Source: Minutocellus sp. GHC0000111
Lineage: Eukaryota
Direction: 5' to 3'
Assembly (NCBI GenBank): GCA_977018835.1
Contig: OZ361257.1
Span: 558,001 to 622,000, forward strand
Length of the DNA: 64,000 nt
Positions 31,110 through 42,976 of this stretch are shown one piece after another. Each line of letters starts with the position of its first letter. Position 1 is the first letter of the stretch. Position numbers and translations under genes: made by a program. The notes below the pieces were generated by a model. It saw nothing but the letters and a program-made list of their open reading frames with translations. It ran no database searches and was not told the origin of the DNA.

Positions 31110-32536
31110 ATGATGGATGAGCACAGTGACGAGGAAACTGAGGCCTTTGTGGATGGCCCGTGCGATGGTTTTGAAGATAACGAGGAGCTGCTCGAAAATG
31201 ACGGAGCATGTGGACGGCAGTCCCCCGCCGCCTCTGCTGCTGCCGATTCCGCACCTTCTCCTTCCGCGTGTTCCCCGGCATCCGTGCTGGCCCTTGCACT
31301 GACCGCGGCTGTTGCCGGTGCGGGATTCTTGTTTTTGGATGGCGATTCGCCGGCTGTCGTGGGGCCAGGCAATACCATCGAGCCAAACGATGCCACTCCT
31401 TGGGATCGGGAAGGGAGACTAACGCAATGCCCGGAGTTGTCGGCTCTGGCGGTTGAAGCGGGCCAATGCGCAACGAGTCGGTCGTCCAGGGCATCCGATA
31501 TTCTCAAGGCACAGGAATTATTATTGCAGCAAACAAATATCAATGTCGATGTTGACTCTCCAGCTTCCACCACCGACCAAGCGTCTATGACCCCCGCTTG
31601 GGTGATACGTCGTGATCCATCCTTTGGACTGTGGCTTTGGCCTCGGCTGAAGCTGGAGCTATTTGCTTGTCCAAATGCGGCAACAGTGAAGTTCGAAAGC
31701 TTTTGAATGCAGCTTCTGAAGAGGTGCAGAAAAACGAGGAGGAGGACAGTATGGCGACAAGGCCTCCCGGCGGTTGGACAAAGGAGTCGGATCATTCCTG
31801 GCAAGCACGCTCGCCAATGATTGAGCCCGGAAAGAACAAGTCCAATAAGAACTTGTTGACCTTCGAACAGAACGATAAGGCGTACCAGTACATTGATGAA
31901 TTGCTGTCGGATCCAGAATGGTCGTCCTTGGGCGTCATTCGGCATCCTTACGGTCGGCTCAGCTCAGGTTTCTCAGAATTGGAACTGCGATGGGGTAAAT
32001 ATGCCAGTGATCCGGAGCGATATTCGGGCCAGCAGTTTTCTCTCGGTGTTCTGGACGATAAAACATCATTCTGGCACCAAGAGATCGAGACGCCAGACCG
32101 AGCTTTGGCGTTTTGGACAGACTACATATTGGGCAATTTTTACTTTTCCGATCCCGCGTCCCACTGTTTGATCCCAGTCGCCGAGGCGTATCATTTGTCA
32201 CCAGTTGGGTCGTTCTTCCTCAAGGACTCAAGTGATTGCGAGGCATCGTCGTTGTACACCGTTGACCATACCATTGATATCGATGAACTTTCTCGCGATT
32301 GGCCCAATTTTATCCAACATTGGGCCGACAATTTGGATGCTGAGATGGCAGAGCAGCTTGCCAACTTGGCAAGTGAGCATGGAAACAGCCATGCCGGATC
32401 GACCAATACGCTCATTATGAAGCAACTCCTGAGGGACAATGCACAATTTCGCGAGAGTGTCGACGCATTCTATAGTCATGACTTTTCACACTTTGGCTTT
32501 GACAAGGATCCAGCCATCATTGGTAGGTTGAGATAA
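31110..32536 (+). CDS. Golgi-type carbohydrate sulfotransferase (Sulfotransfer_2); apparent frameshift ~31672
   Basis: TM anchor. Joining the frames gives FAC-PKCGNSEVRK (5'-PSB), followed by VIRHPYGRLSSGF (3'-PB) and FYSHDFSHFGF. Confidence 0.8.
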
Positions 32537-32739
32537 ATGTGGCGGGTCAAAAAATACCATTTTGCGAAGGGGCTCTGTATTTGTACCTACATATAGAGTT
32601 GCTTTATTTTTAGCGAAATTGCACATATTCACACATACACATAGAAATTTATGATGAAAGAGAAAAGACAACCCGATCACGGTACTTGTAGCGTTCGTCT
32701 TTTTTGCCTTTCTCTGTTATGATAAAGCAAATTCATTAT

Positions 32740-35700
32740 TCAGTGTCGTTTCACACGCTGAAGGATGTTCCTCCACTTCTCAACGAGCTCCTCCTTCAGC
32801 GCTGCGTTTGCCTCGGTCATTTTGCGGTTGATGGCCTCCAGCTCACCGTTGGAAGACATAATCTTGTACTGCTTGTGGAAATGCTCCCAGGAGTCAAAGT
32901 AGGTAATGTGGGGGAACTGATAAAAATCGCTCTTGGGGATCCAATGGTCAAACATTTCCTCCCATTCCTTACTGTACTTGTCCATCAGGGCGTGGCCATT
33001 TGGGTTAGGAATGTCCTTGACGCCCATTAGATTTTCTGGCCAGCCGTAGTACACCTCCCACATCAAGTCGTGTTCCCGGCACCATCTCTTGAGGAGAGAC
33101 AAGGAAGGGCAGAATGTTGGTATGTTGAGCCTATAAAGCTCCACCAGATTCATGGTAGACACTTGATAGGGAAGGATAATGATGGCAGGATGCTTCAGCA
33201 TTCGCAATGGGTTAGAGTCGCTGTACAAGTCTCGAATCATCTTTACATCGGTACCATTGGATATTCTCTTGGGGACTGAATCGAGCTCCTTGATAATGGG
33301 GTGGTCAGCCGGGTCACGAAGACCGGCCTTATACCTCGAACGATCAAGGTTGCTTCGGTAGGGGACGATCATAACCTCTGACTTTGTTGGTAGCCAGCCT
33401 GGCGATATACTCGACTCCCAACCACTCTCGCAGAAGGTCGTGCCGACATTGTCTCCACACCAACTCGGCAGTAACTCTACGTCTTGAATTCCCGTAAAGT
33501 ATCTGATGTAATCCTGGTCATAGACGTTGTTGGCGGCGATGACATTGCGCTTGTCTCTGGCCAGATTCTGAACAGTCCGGACCCACTTCTGCCACTTGAC
33601 CTTGCCAACGTCACGGTCATAGCCGCTGCTCAGACGCCAGTCAATACCCTCATCGTGACGGCCAAATTCGAGTCGAGTCGTTGCGTGAATGATGATGGAT
33701 CGATTGAACGGTAGAAAGAGTTCGCAATTGGCCACTGGATGGTGACAGATGAAGGCATCTACACGCTTGAATTCAGGATCATCGCGATAGGCCAGCTCAA
33801 AATCCTTCTTCTGGATCTCTGTAGGATCGAATTCTTTCCAGTTATTGGCCTTGATCACCTTGAGCCGTTCTTTGCAAAGGCCGTAAAATTCGCAAATGCC
33901 ATCAATCTCGGCATGTAGAGCACCTCCAGCTTTGGCAATCATGGACATGTCGCAGTTCGCTGGACCACCGTGGAAATCCATCGTCCAGAGATAGGTCTTG
34001 CCAGGCATGCGGGTACTCCAATTTTGAGCTTCAAGAGCAGAGTCGGCACCCGCATACATGTCACAGAGCCTCGTTGACGGCTGAGGACCAAAAATCTTGT
34101 ACTTGGAGGCATCACAAAGAGCACGGATTGCATCGGCCTTGGTATACTCGCCACTACGGAGGTTGTGATAGATCTTCTCCAGGGCTTTTTCGGTGGCGGC
34201 ATCCCGATTGCACGGATCCCTCTTGAGGACGCTGACAGTAACCTCCTTCAAGATGGTGGCTGCCTCGTTCTGATAAATGGACTTGGAGTGGACAAAGTAT
34301 GTCGAGGGGGACTCGCTCACCACCACGACAGGGTCGTAGACACCTTCGCCGCGATTTTGCATGAAGTCAGAGTAGCCAAACTTATGCAAAATAAGACGCG
34401 CGTATTCGTAGTTGTCGGGGTGCATCCGGAATCGGTACAAAGCGTGATCGTAACCTCCTTCGTATGCCTCGTGAGTGGAGCAGCCTGTGTATAAGGCGGA
34501 TGATGAATAGGTAACAAAAGGAGGGAAGGTGAGGGAGACAATCAGAGAACAAGTCAGAGCACAAAAAATTCCGGTGATTCGATTCGACATTATCACTCAC
34601 CAGCCACAAGCTCGCAATCGTCCTTCGGGACGTAAAAGCTCTGGACACGGCACTTGTACTCCTCAAACTCGGCACAGCCCAGCACGTAAATGGCGTTGCC
34701 ATTCATGTGGTAGTCCACCCTCTCGCGGAGCATGCCGGCGTCGACATCCTTGGCCAGGGGAAGGGAACCGACCTGCCAGAACCCATCGGCCTCGCAATTC
34801 ACCGTTAGAGTCTTCTGCACCAGTGCCGGCAGGAAGTTGGGCTGGACAGGAGCCACGTCGGGTTCCGCCAGGATGAAGGTCTTGTAGCTCTTCTCCAGCA
34901 GCCGGAACAGCGAGTAGAACGTAAACGCGGCCCCCTCCAAATGCGACAGCTCTGGGTTGACCTCCGCCATGCTGAGGAAGATCGGCTCGTCGGTCCGGAA
35001 GCATCCCGTCCGCTCCACGCCCAGCCCGGCGTAGTACGACCGGATCCGCCGCTGGATGCCCGGGCTGAGCTTGTTCTCCGTGAAGAAGACGAGGTCGGCT
35101 CTCTGCCGCGGGGTGTCGGGCTGGCAAGGGGGGAACCGGGCCCAGTACTCCGTGAGGAGGGTCGCCACCTTGACCAGCTGGAATTCGACAAAGGGCATCA
35201 CGAAGGCCACCTGCACCCTCTGGCTCCCGGTTTCGGGCACCCGGCCCTGAAATATCGGCGGTGCGATGCCATACCCCTTGTAGAAGTAGGTGTCGGCGCC
35301 GACGGTGTTGAGGAGCTTTTTCGTTGGCGTTGCCTTGGTCAATGTCCTGCTGTTGCTGCTTGCGCCACCGGTACGGGCATGGTCACTACTAGTTGCTGCT
35401 GTTCTACGATCCGCCTGTTGTCGGTGGAGTTTGCGGCGCTGAGTTGCAGTGGTTTTGGAACCACGCTGCTTCCGCAGGAAATCAATCTCCTCTGTTGTCG
35501 CTGTTGCCGTTGTCGCTGCCAATGACTCGTCAGCGCCATCGTATTGGCCCAACATGGCAGCCACATCGTCGTCGTCTGCGTCCTCGTTGCTCCTGCTGCC
35601 CATCATCATGAACTCATCAAAGGCCGCGCACGACAGCCCGACGGGTGCCTCGGGATGGTCCATCCACCAATCGACCAGCGCATCCCGGCTCGGGTCGCGT

Positions 35701-36497
35701 CCCGTCCGGGCTAGCTTCCACGGGACGATGCCCCGCTCCCTCAGCGCATTGCGGCTGCTGCTGCCGCCGCGACCAAAGCCGCAACCCCGTCCTCCGTATC
35801 CCAGCATCTGCCTCCGCCGCTCGTCCTGCTCGAGGAGGGAGGCCCGGTGCCTCCTCCTGCGGATAACTCGGCGGATGACGGCCGCCTCCTTGGTCACCGC
35901 CGCGGTGAGGAGGAGGGCGGCGAGGCCGGAGCCGACCAGCCGCTGCAGACGGGACAGCTTGGTCCACTGGATCTGCGCCCGCTGATGAAGCCGCCGGCCC
36001 ATGCCCGCCAGGTTGCTACTATTGCTGCTGTGGCCGTGGTGATACTTGGGACTGTTGGGATCGTGGCCGTTCAGCTTGCTCCGGCTGCCGCTGTGCGCCG
36101 CGGTCGTTGGGAGGGTGCTGCTGCCCCCAGTAGTCCCCCTCCCTCCGCCGCCGCCGCTATTACTGTTGCTGCCAATGCCGCTACTGCTGTTGCTATTTCC
36201 AAATCTCTGCCTGGGACTCGATCCCGACATGCCAGTATTCGCGTGCAATGGTTGGTGCTGGTGCTGGTGCTGTGCCGTTGCTGCTGCCGAAGATGACGCC
36301 GCCGCCGACGGTGCACCGTGACGTCGCTGGTGAGGACCACTACCGCCTCCTCCCTCCGCCATCATTCCGATGGCGGCTGCCGTCCTCGACGAGGACGGAG
36401 GCAACGGAGGTTGTTCGAACGTGTCCTCCGAACGTCGTCTGCGGATGGCCCCACCACCGCTGCTGCTGCCGGAGTCGCCCCCCCTGGACCAGAACAT
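32740..36497 (-). CDS. Type II membrane protein with two putative glycosyltransferase-like domains; intron 34600-34485
   Basis: TM at LVGSGLAALLLTAAV; domain 1 has AEPDV..FWQVGS..HMNGNAIY. GTGAGT/CAG splice sites join LVAG|CSTH. Domain 2 has DFHGGP, CELFLPF, PYQVS..ELYRLNIP and DFYQFPHITYFDSW. Confidence 0.75.
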
Positions 36498-37886
36498 GCC
36501 CGGCCGTTCGAGATGGGGCGGTCGCTCCCAATAATAAGAGCCTAAGCCCTGCCTCTCGCTTCGGTCGGGAACTTTAGGCCCCAGGAAAAAAAATGCCGAT
36601 GATACTTATCGACGGGAAACTGAAAGCTTGCCGGCGAGAAAAGAGGCAATCGAGGGCGAATGTCACCCACACCACACAACTTGGAGATGGCGAAAAATCA
36701 ATCCAGGCCAAGCAAATGCTGTTGCTCGTAAGACGGCACGATGCTGCTGCTATATGGCCGATGCTCTGGCTATCTCGGCGCACCCCCGGCGTGCAACAAA
36801 ATGAGTGAGCGAGAGAGCGGCAAATCGGAAAATTTTGAGGCACTAAGCATTTGGAGATGTAGTGCCTCTTAGGTATAACATGATCAGTGGCTGGGCTGCT
36901 GCCTCCTCCTCACGATGAGAGAGCCTTTTCCCACGCGATCTCGATCTCGATCTCTTCAATTCATCGTAGACTCGACTCTACCATATTGACCGACTACACA
37001 GAGGCAAAGAGTGAACGTTCTATTTTGTTCGTTATTAGACATCTTACATGTAGAATCTCGGTCGGAGGCAGCAGTGAGACAATGCAGCAGAGAGAGAGAG
37101 ATTCCACGAGAGAGAGAGGCGACACCCCCTCCGCGATGTTTCGTAAACATTGTACCAAAGTAATTTTATTGCTGATTACTGCTTAGAAGGATGTTGTAGA
37201 CCATGATCAACAATAAAATTACTTTTGCAATGATCTTGGGGTGCTTTACTAACAAGTCACTGTGTTTGGGTCCGAGATTCTTGGTTGGGTCAAATTAGTG
37301 GCTTCATTTTTATCGCCGTGAAAAAGTGCACGTAAGAATATTTTCTAGTGGCTACTATTTACGCCGATTTTGTCGGCGGTCTCGTGGAAACAGGAGGGGT
37401 GATGTGGCCCCGCCAGCAGGGTGTTACTTAAGTAACAAAAAGATTCCTGCTGGCGGCGGCGAAACACGTAGAAATGCGTAGAATTGGTACTAAAACTGTT
37501 ACGGGTATCAGAGGATGGCGAACCCCCTGAAAATCGCATGTCAGACAGACAGACTGTCACACATGTTTCGCCTGTGTTTCGCCAGCTGGACGTTACGGTT
37601 TGTAACACGATCAAAACACCTGGCGGCGTAACAAGCGCTAGTAAAAGTGCTGGCGAGTGTTACCCGGGTAACAACAGGTGTCGTGCTGGCGGCAAGCCCT
37701 GTTACGTGTTCTGCATGACGTGGACCTACCAGAAGACACCCAGGCATCACCCCTCCGTGGAAACGCCCTACAATTGTAACAGCAAGAAATATTTTTTGAA
37801 GAAAACGAGCAAAACTAGATGTCGTCTAATCCTCTTTCTACCGGTGTTGTCGTGCCAGCCCCCTTGGCTTTCTATATTTCAATCCT

Positions 37887-39080
37887 TTAGTCCTTAACGC
37901 CGGCGTTTACGCGTGAGGAAGGCGGTGGGATCGAACTGAAGGCCACCAGTTCGTCGGCCGTCTTGGGTTTCGAACCATTCTCGCAACCGTAGGCATCGTG
38001 CAGTACGTCGGCGAGATAGGGCAAACTTCCCGACAGCACCTGCTGCCTCACGGCCGAGGCGCGGTCAAATATGTCCTCCACGGCCGCCTGTGCAGCAGCG
38101 GCGGCGGAATCGGTGCTCCCAAAACCAGCACCAGCAGTACCGCCGGCTCCACCCTGCTCCTGCTGCTGTTGTTGTTGTTGCTGTTGTTCCCTCCTCCATT
38201 GACGTCTCTTGCGTTCCAGCTGGGCCTGCTGCCTCTGCCGTCTCCGTTCCACTGCACCGCCGACGCTGACCCCGTCGGCACCGATCGTTGTGGCGGTCAT
38301 CCTCGAAGACAGCGACATGCCCGTCCTCACGCTGGCCATGTCGTCGTAGTCGTACTCGCCCTCGGACGACGATTTGGCCGTGCTGCTTCCAACGCCGAGC
38401 GAGGAGGCGGCAGCCTCCGCGGCATCGGCGGCCTCCTGCTCGTACCACGTCACCTCATCGGCAATGCTGAGCGTCTGCTGCCGAAGGCTGGGCACCGTCA
38501 TGGACTCCACGGCGGCGGCACATTCGGCAGCCTCGTCGAATGCCGTCTGCCGATCGAGCCAGGCGTCGGACAGGACGGCTTGGCCGTCGTCTAGTTCGCG
38601 ATCTCGTCGCAGGACCTCTCGAACTGCCTTGTGGGCCGCCTCCCTCGCTTTTGCCATTACCGATGCATGAACAATATTTGCTGCGTCCTGAGCATTATTT
38701 GTGCTGCTTTGATTATCTTCTTGTTCTTTCCCGATTGCCCGATCATACGAGGCAGGCAGCTCCAGGCGCAGGGGAGGGGCCGTCTCCTGCGGTAGGCAGC
38801 TCACAGCTTCGCCTTTATCACTCTCTCCCTCCCTACTAGTACATGCATGCCGACCACCTTGGCCCTCGGCAGCCAACCTCTCCACTTGCGTTCGGTACGC
38901 TTCGGCTCGTTCGGTCAGCAAGTCCACCCTGGACGACTGCGCCTTGACAGAATCCTCCAGCGCGTCCAGCGCCACATCGACCGCCACGGCCATGGCACGG
39001 AGGGACGTCAAGGATTCGACCAGTGCATGGGGTGCGTCGTAATTGTCCGTGGGGACCGGTATCTTGGCCGTGGGCGGCAT
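37887..39080 (-). CDS. Hypothetical protein, N-terminus resembling the WASH1 WAHD domain
   Basis: Long ORF; the helical pattern IPVP...ALVESLTSL...VDLLTERAEAYRTQVERL...PASY recalls WAHD. Resemblance judged by eye only. Confidence 0.55.
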   Translation of the reverse strand: MPPTAKIPVPTDNYDAPHALVESLTSLRAMAVAVDVALDALEDSVKAQSSRVDLLTERAEAYRTQVERLAAEGQGGRHACTSREGESDKGEAVSCLPQETAPPLRLELPASYDRAIGKEQEDNQSSTNNAQDAANIVHASVMAKAREAAHKAVREVLRRDRELDDGQAVLSDAWLDRQTAFDEAAECAAAVESMTVPSLRQQTLSIADEVTWYEQEAADAAEAAASSLGVGSSTAKSSSEGEYDYDDMASVRTGMSLSSRMTATTIGADGVSVGGAVERRRQRQQAQLERKRRQWRREQQQQQQQQQEQGGAGGTAGAGFGSTDSAAAAAQAAVEDIFDRASAVRQQVLSGSLPYLADVLHDAYGCENGSKPKTADELVAFSSIPPPSSRVNAGVKD

Positions 39081-39157
39081 GGTCGTGATGTTTGTGTTAT
39101 TAGTGTTTGTGGATGGGGCGCCCCCAGCACCCGCCCCCGCGCCCCGCAATCAATGAG

Positions 39158-39224
39158 GCTGAAGTATGGTTCGCACCTGCTTGTTCGACCAGCTGAAGTA
39201 TGGTTCGCACCTGCTTGTTCGACC
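39158..39224. repeat. Perfect tandem duplication of a 33-bp unit (period 34)
   Basis: GCTGAAGTATGGTTCGCACCTGCTTGTTCGACC at 39158-39190 and 39192-39224. Confidence 0.95.
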
Positions 39225-39379
39225 CTGCCTGCCTTGCCTTGCCTGCCTGGTGATATGATGGCCTGTCGATGTCGACTGCGACTGGCGCCACGATTCCTGG
39301 CTGGAGAACTCACAGTCTACTTCCAGAAGTAAACAAACAACGATAAAACAAAACAATTCAAATCAAATTCAAACATAAC

Positions 39380-40230
39380 ATGTGCTGGAACTTTCAGATA
39401 AGCGTTGCGGCGGCAAGTCTGGAAGCATGTTTCCTACTTCTCCTTGTCATCAGAGCCTGTTGCTCGTCGGAGCCTAGATTCCGCCAGCAGTTGTCGTTGT
39501 TGCCAATCTTATCTTCAATCTTGCTGGTGGAAATCATCGAATCGATAATTTGGCACAACCAACATTCCCTAACAGGTATCCAAGAAGCCGATGAGGAGGG
39601 CAACGCATGCCCAAAACTAAACCACATATTGACTCTGGCGCTGTGGATGATCATCTGGATGCAACCATATTCTGTGATATTCGCTGCACGAAATTCTGGT
39701 GATCCCAACAACAATGGGGCATTGCTAATATCACAAAATATGTCCGTGTTGTTTGGATTGGCTGCCATTTGTATGTATCTATATGCCTGGTATTTCATAG
39801 AGGACCCTGACAACACACTGCCGAGAATGCACGAATCTCAATTTAAAAGTTATCTCAACCGTGACACGTGCACCTACATTGGACTGCATGGCCACTTGCA
39901 CTGGACAATCGCCATGGCCGAAACTATCCTTACGCCAAATGCATTTGCCTACGCCATGCTATTCCTCTCGACGGCCTTTGCTCGACCAAAGCAAATCGTC
40001 GCCGTGCCAAGTCTCATTATGATGCTAATTTTCTTCCTACAAAGCATATGGTTTGAGGGTCCTTCGAGACAGGTTCAATGTGGTGCTTTACAGCGATTGT
40101 TGTATTTGTGTACTATACCATACAACCGTGGATGTGGCCTCGTGCCTATGGTGTATCAGAAGCTCGGGAATACCACTTGCTGCCTCTCAAGAGATTGGGG
40201 AGAAAAGATGAACCATGGGAAACTACATAG
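39380..40230 (+). CDS. Multi-pass membrane protein with MCW...GHLxW...GSMWC motifs (possibly DUF5765-like); apparent frameshift ~40060
   Basis: Starts MCWN..S and contains GHLHW. A shifted frame continues SFETGSMWCFTAIVV to TAG at about 40230. Confidence 0.65.
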
Positions 40231-40314
40231 GCCTAGCTACGTAGCGGCTCTAGCTAGCCGATCCTTGGCAATTTGATAATTAATTAAATACAGGACTGTT
40301 TTACAATTAAAAAG

Positions 40315-40337
40315 TAACAGTAACAGTAACAGTAACA
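40315..40337. repeat. (AGTAAC)n short tandem repeat
   Basis: About 4 copies between convergent genes. Confidence 0.8.
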
Positions 40338-40405
40338 ATGCAATATTTATTTTTGGCTCTTCCGTTCCCTTTGTTTGCTTCCACATCACAAACTCTCGTC
40401 CTTGC

Positions 40406-42976
40406 TCATAACTTAATATCAAGAATAGGACGATCCTTCAGCTCGGGTAAGTCCGTAACTTGCGACCAAAACAATCCTTCTGCATCAGCTGGCTGTTCCA
40501 GTCCATTAGATTCGTTGTCATTCAATGAAGAAATGTTCGACTCTGTACCATTCGATCCACTGTCCAGTCCGCTGGAGCGGCGTGTCTCTGTACTCTTGGC
40601 CGCTCGGGCGGAAAGCAAGCTCCTTCGGAAGGCTTGACGAGCCTCAGCGGCAATGCGAGGGACGACAATGTCAACATACCGGGCCAAGTCAAGCCCAACG
40701 ACGGCGCCTCTCTGGCACCGAAAGTGCTGGGAGGCATTTGTTACGCGCACGGGACAGCCGCGATACCAAACCAAGAAGAATGGAATCGGTAGACACCGAA
40801 CTGTCGAGGCAAGTTCTTTGCCCAGAACGGCGGATGGGTCGACGCCACCGCCTCCTTCCCCTTCTCCAACAGAATCGGCATTGTGGAAGGTATCAAGAAG
40901 GAGGAATGTACACGCAGGAGCTGAATGCGATCCACCACCGTGACTACTTTGGGGGTCTTCGCCTCCGGTGGAGCGGGTCGGCTTGTGTCCTGGCTTTGTT
41001 TTGTTGGGCGAGGAAGCTGCAGAGGTGGAAAGAGCAGCAAGATTAGGTGGCACTGAGACAGTCAGTCGGTGAGGTCTTGCAAATGCTGGGTTTCCTTTCG
41101 CAACGCCGGGACCGGCACCACCAATACCGGACAACATGGGGTCCGGATGAATCGACCTGCTGCGCTCGTTACCAACAGGCTCGTGGCGGCGCTTGTAGTC
41201 ACTTAGACGCGTTACTGCGCTTACCGAGTATGGCGACCAGAACTGTCCGACCACAAGAACGACGAGTTCTGCTGGATTCCTCGTGCCATAATGTTCATCG
41301 CCTTCACTTTCGTCGTCGATGCTATAAACATCATCGTTGCTGTCGGCGCTACCTTGACTCCGGAGGATTGGGTGGTCGCTGGAGTATTCAGACGCGAGTG
41401 AGTCACTGCTCTCGATGTTGCTCTTGCTCTTTGACCCATCTGCAAAGTGGTGAATGGGAGCAAGGGCGCTTCGCAGCAAGATCTCTTCGAATTCCCCCTT
41501 GCTTCGGATGAGTGGCAGGGCATCATGATGGCTGGGCTTGATTAGAGCAGGAACATCTCCATCATCCTCCGTTCCGAAATCCGATTCCCCAGGACGAGCA
41601 TCGTCGAGGGCGTTGGCGGGGCTGTTTGGCTCGGTACTTGCCGCCGGAACATCGGTGGTGGATTCGAGCCGCAGGCTGGGCTGGTAGATTACCGTCCGAC
41701 CCTTGACGCCCAGATAAGGGCAGGTCGGAGACGAGGCGAGGAGGAATGAACATGCAGGACAAGCCAAGGCGTGCGATACTTTGTCGCCACTGCCGGCGAA
41801 GGTCCAGTGACTGTGCGCGGCCCCTTTCTCCGCTCCAGGGGTCCCATTGGCGATCTTGGGCCGGCCGGCCTTGCCTCTTGCACCAGAAGCAGCGGAATTG
41901 CTGCCACCATTCATTTTCTTGGAAGGGGAAGGTGACGCAGCGGCAGGGGGGAGTCCCGCTCCTCCCCTATGAGCACCCTGGCCTTGGATTCCACCGAGAT
42001 GTCCAGTGCCGTTTGCATTACCCGGTGTCCCATTGGCCATCGCCGAGGCCAAGGAGACCTTGCCAGCCTCGCGATGCTCGCCGGTGACATCATCTTGATG
42101 GTCGATTGCAAGATCGTTGGCCTTGCTAAGGTCAAGCTCGACGGCCTTGCCGAGAAGGGCCTTGGCACCCAGGATGTTGGGAAATACCAGGACCGATTCC
42201 GGCCCGAGCCAGGTCTTCTTGACGTGAGAAGGAAAGAGATCGGACGGGTCGGGATTACAGAAGCACGGTGCTGTGGCAGACTGTGAATCAGAGGTAGATG
42301 CCGGATCCCCAGGAGCAGCGTTGGTACCGGTACGTAGTGGAGAAGTCGGAGAAGGAATCGTGATGGTAGGTGTGGTGACAGCCCCAGCTCCAGCCGCTGC
42401 TATCGCTACTGATGGTGTTGGACCTGATGTTGACGTTGGCTTGGCCGGCTTGGGCAAGGGAGCGGTAGTTGTGGCAGCGGCCGGGGCTCCCAGGCCAGAA
42501 TATCCGACATTTGCGACGCCGACCGGAGTCCCGGCCGCCGCGGCGGCGGCAGAGGCCTCGGCGATCATCCCGTTCGTTGCTGACGACCTCCGGACGGGCG
42601 TCTTGACGGTCCAGTTGGACAGGTGGGTGCCGCAACGGCCACATCGGGCGGTGACATAACGCTTCACCTTCTCGACGGGAACATTCTCAGCGGCAGCAGC
42701 ACCAGCGGCGGGGGCTGCTGCTGTGGCGGAACCAGGGGTGGACGCTAATTCTGTTGCAGTCTTGGCGGAGGCTCCGTTGGACGACACTGCCGGCGAAGAA
42801 GCAGAACCCGCCGCCGCAGTCGCCGCTGTATCATTGCCCGTTGTAGTAACCCCAGCGGCATCACCAGCGGATGCTTGCGCTGGTTGGATTCCTGCTATCC
42901 GGGCAGTGATGGAAGGATGGGTCCCGTGATACGACGTTGGCCCCACTGGGGCTGTAACGGAAAAAGCCGGCGCCAT
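40406..42976 (-). CDS. Hypothetical protein with split CxxC/CxxC zinc-binding motifs (Yippee/Mis18-like) and a C-terminal thioredoxin-like fold
   Basis: RCGRCGTHLS ... LACPAC...YLG; then VVLVVGQFWSPYS...FLLLDT...LPIPFFLVWYRG, interspersed with low-complexity sequence. Confidence 0.65.
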   Translation of the reverse strand: MAPAFSVTAPVGPTSYHGTHPSITARIAGIQPAQASAGDAAGVTTTGNDTAATAAAGSASSPAVSSNGASAKTATELASTPGSATAAAPAAGAAAAENVPVEKVKRYVTARCGRCGTHLSNWTVKTPVRRSSATNGMIAEASAAAAAAGTPVGVANVGYSGLGAPAAATTTAPLPKPAKPTSTSGPTPSVAIAAAGAGAVTTPTITIPSPTSPLRTGTNAAPGDPASTSDSQSATAPCFCNPDPSDLFPSHVKKTWLGPESVLVFPNILGAKALLGKAVELDLSKANDLAIDHQDDVTGEHREAGKVSLASAMANGTPGNANGTGHLGGIQGQGAHRGGAGLPPAAASPSPSKKMNGGSNSAASGARGKAGRPKIANGTPGAEKGAAHSHWTFAGSGDKVSHALACPACSFLLASSPTCPYLGVKGRTVIYQPSLRLESTTDVPAASTEPNSPANALDDARPGESDFGTEDDGDVPALIKPSHHDALPLIRSKGEFEEILLRSALAPIHHFADGSKSKSNIESSDSLASEYSSDHPILRSQGSADSNDDVYSIDDESEGDEHYGTRNPAELVVLVVGQFWSPYSVSAVTRLSDYKRRHEPVGNERSRSIHPDPMLSGIGGAGPGVAKGNPAFARPHRLTVSVPPNLAALSTSAASSPNKTKPGHKPTRSTGGEDPQSSHGGGSHSAPACTFLLLDTFHNADSVGEGEGGGGVDPSAVLGKELASTVRCLPIPFFLVWYRGCPVRVTNASQHFRCQRGAVVGLDLARYVDIVVPRIAAEARQAFRRSLLSARAAKSTETRRSSGLDSGSNGTESNISSLNDNESNGLEQPADAEGLFWSQVTDLPELKDRPILDIKL

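Noticed and set aside
30860..31945. 361-aa minus-strand ORF and similar antisense ORFs
   Set aside because: These are shadows of GC-rich genes on the opposite strand and carry no recognisable motifs.
37659..37672. RFX X-box (GTTACC-CG-GGTAAC)
   Set aside because: It matches the consensus, but RFX factors are not expected in stramenopiles and the site is part of a local repeat family.
39158..39224. Mini CRISPR repeat pair
   Set aside because: Only 1 bp lies between the copies, so this is a simple tandem duplication.
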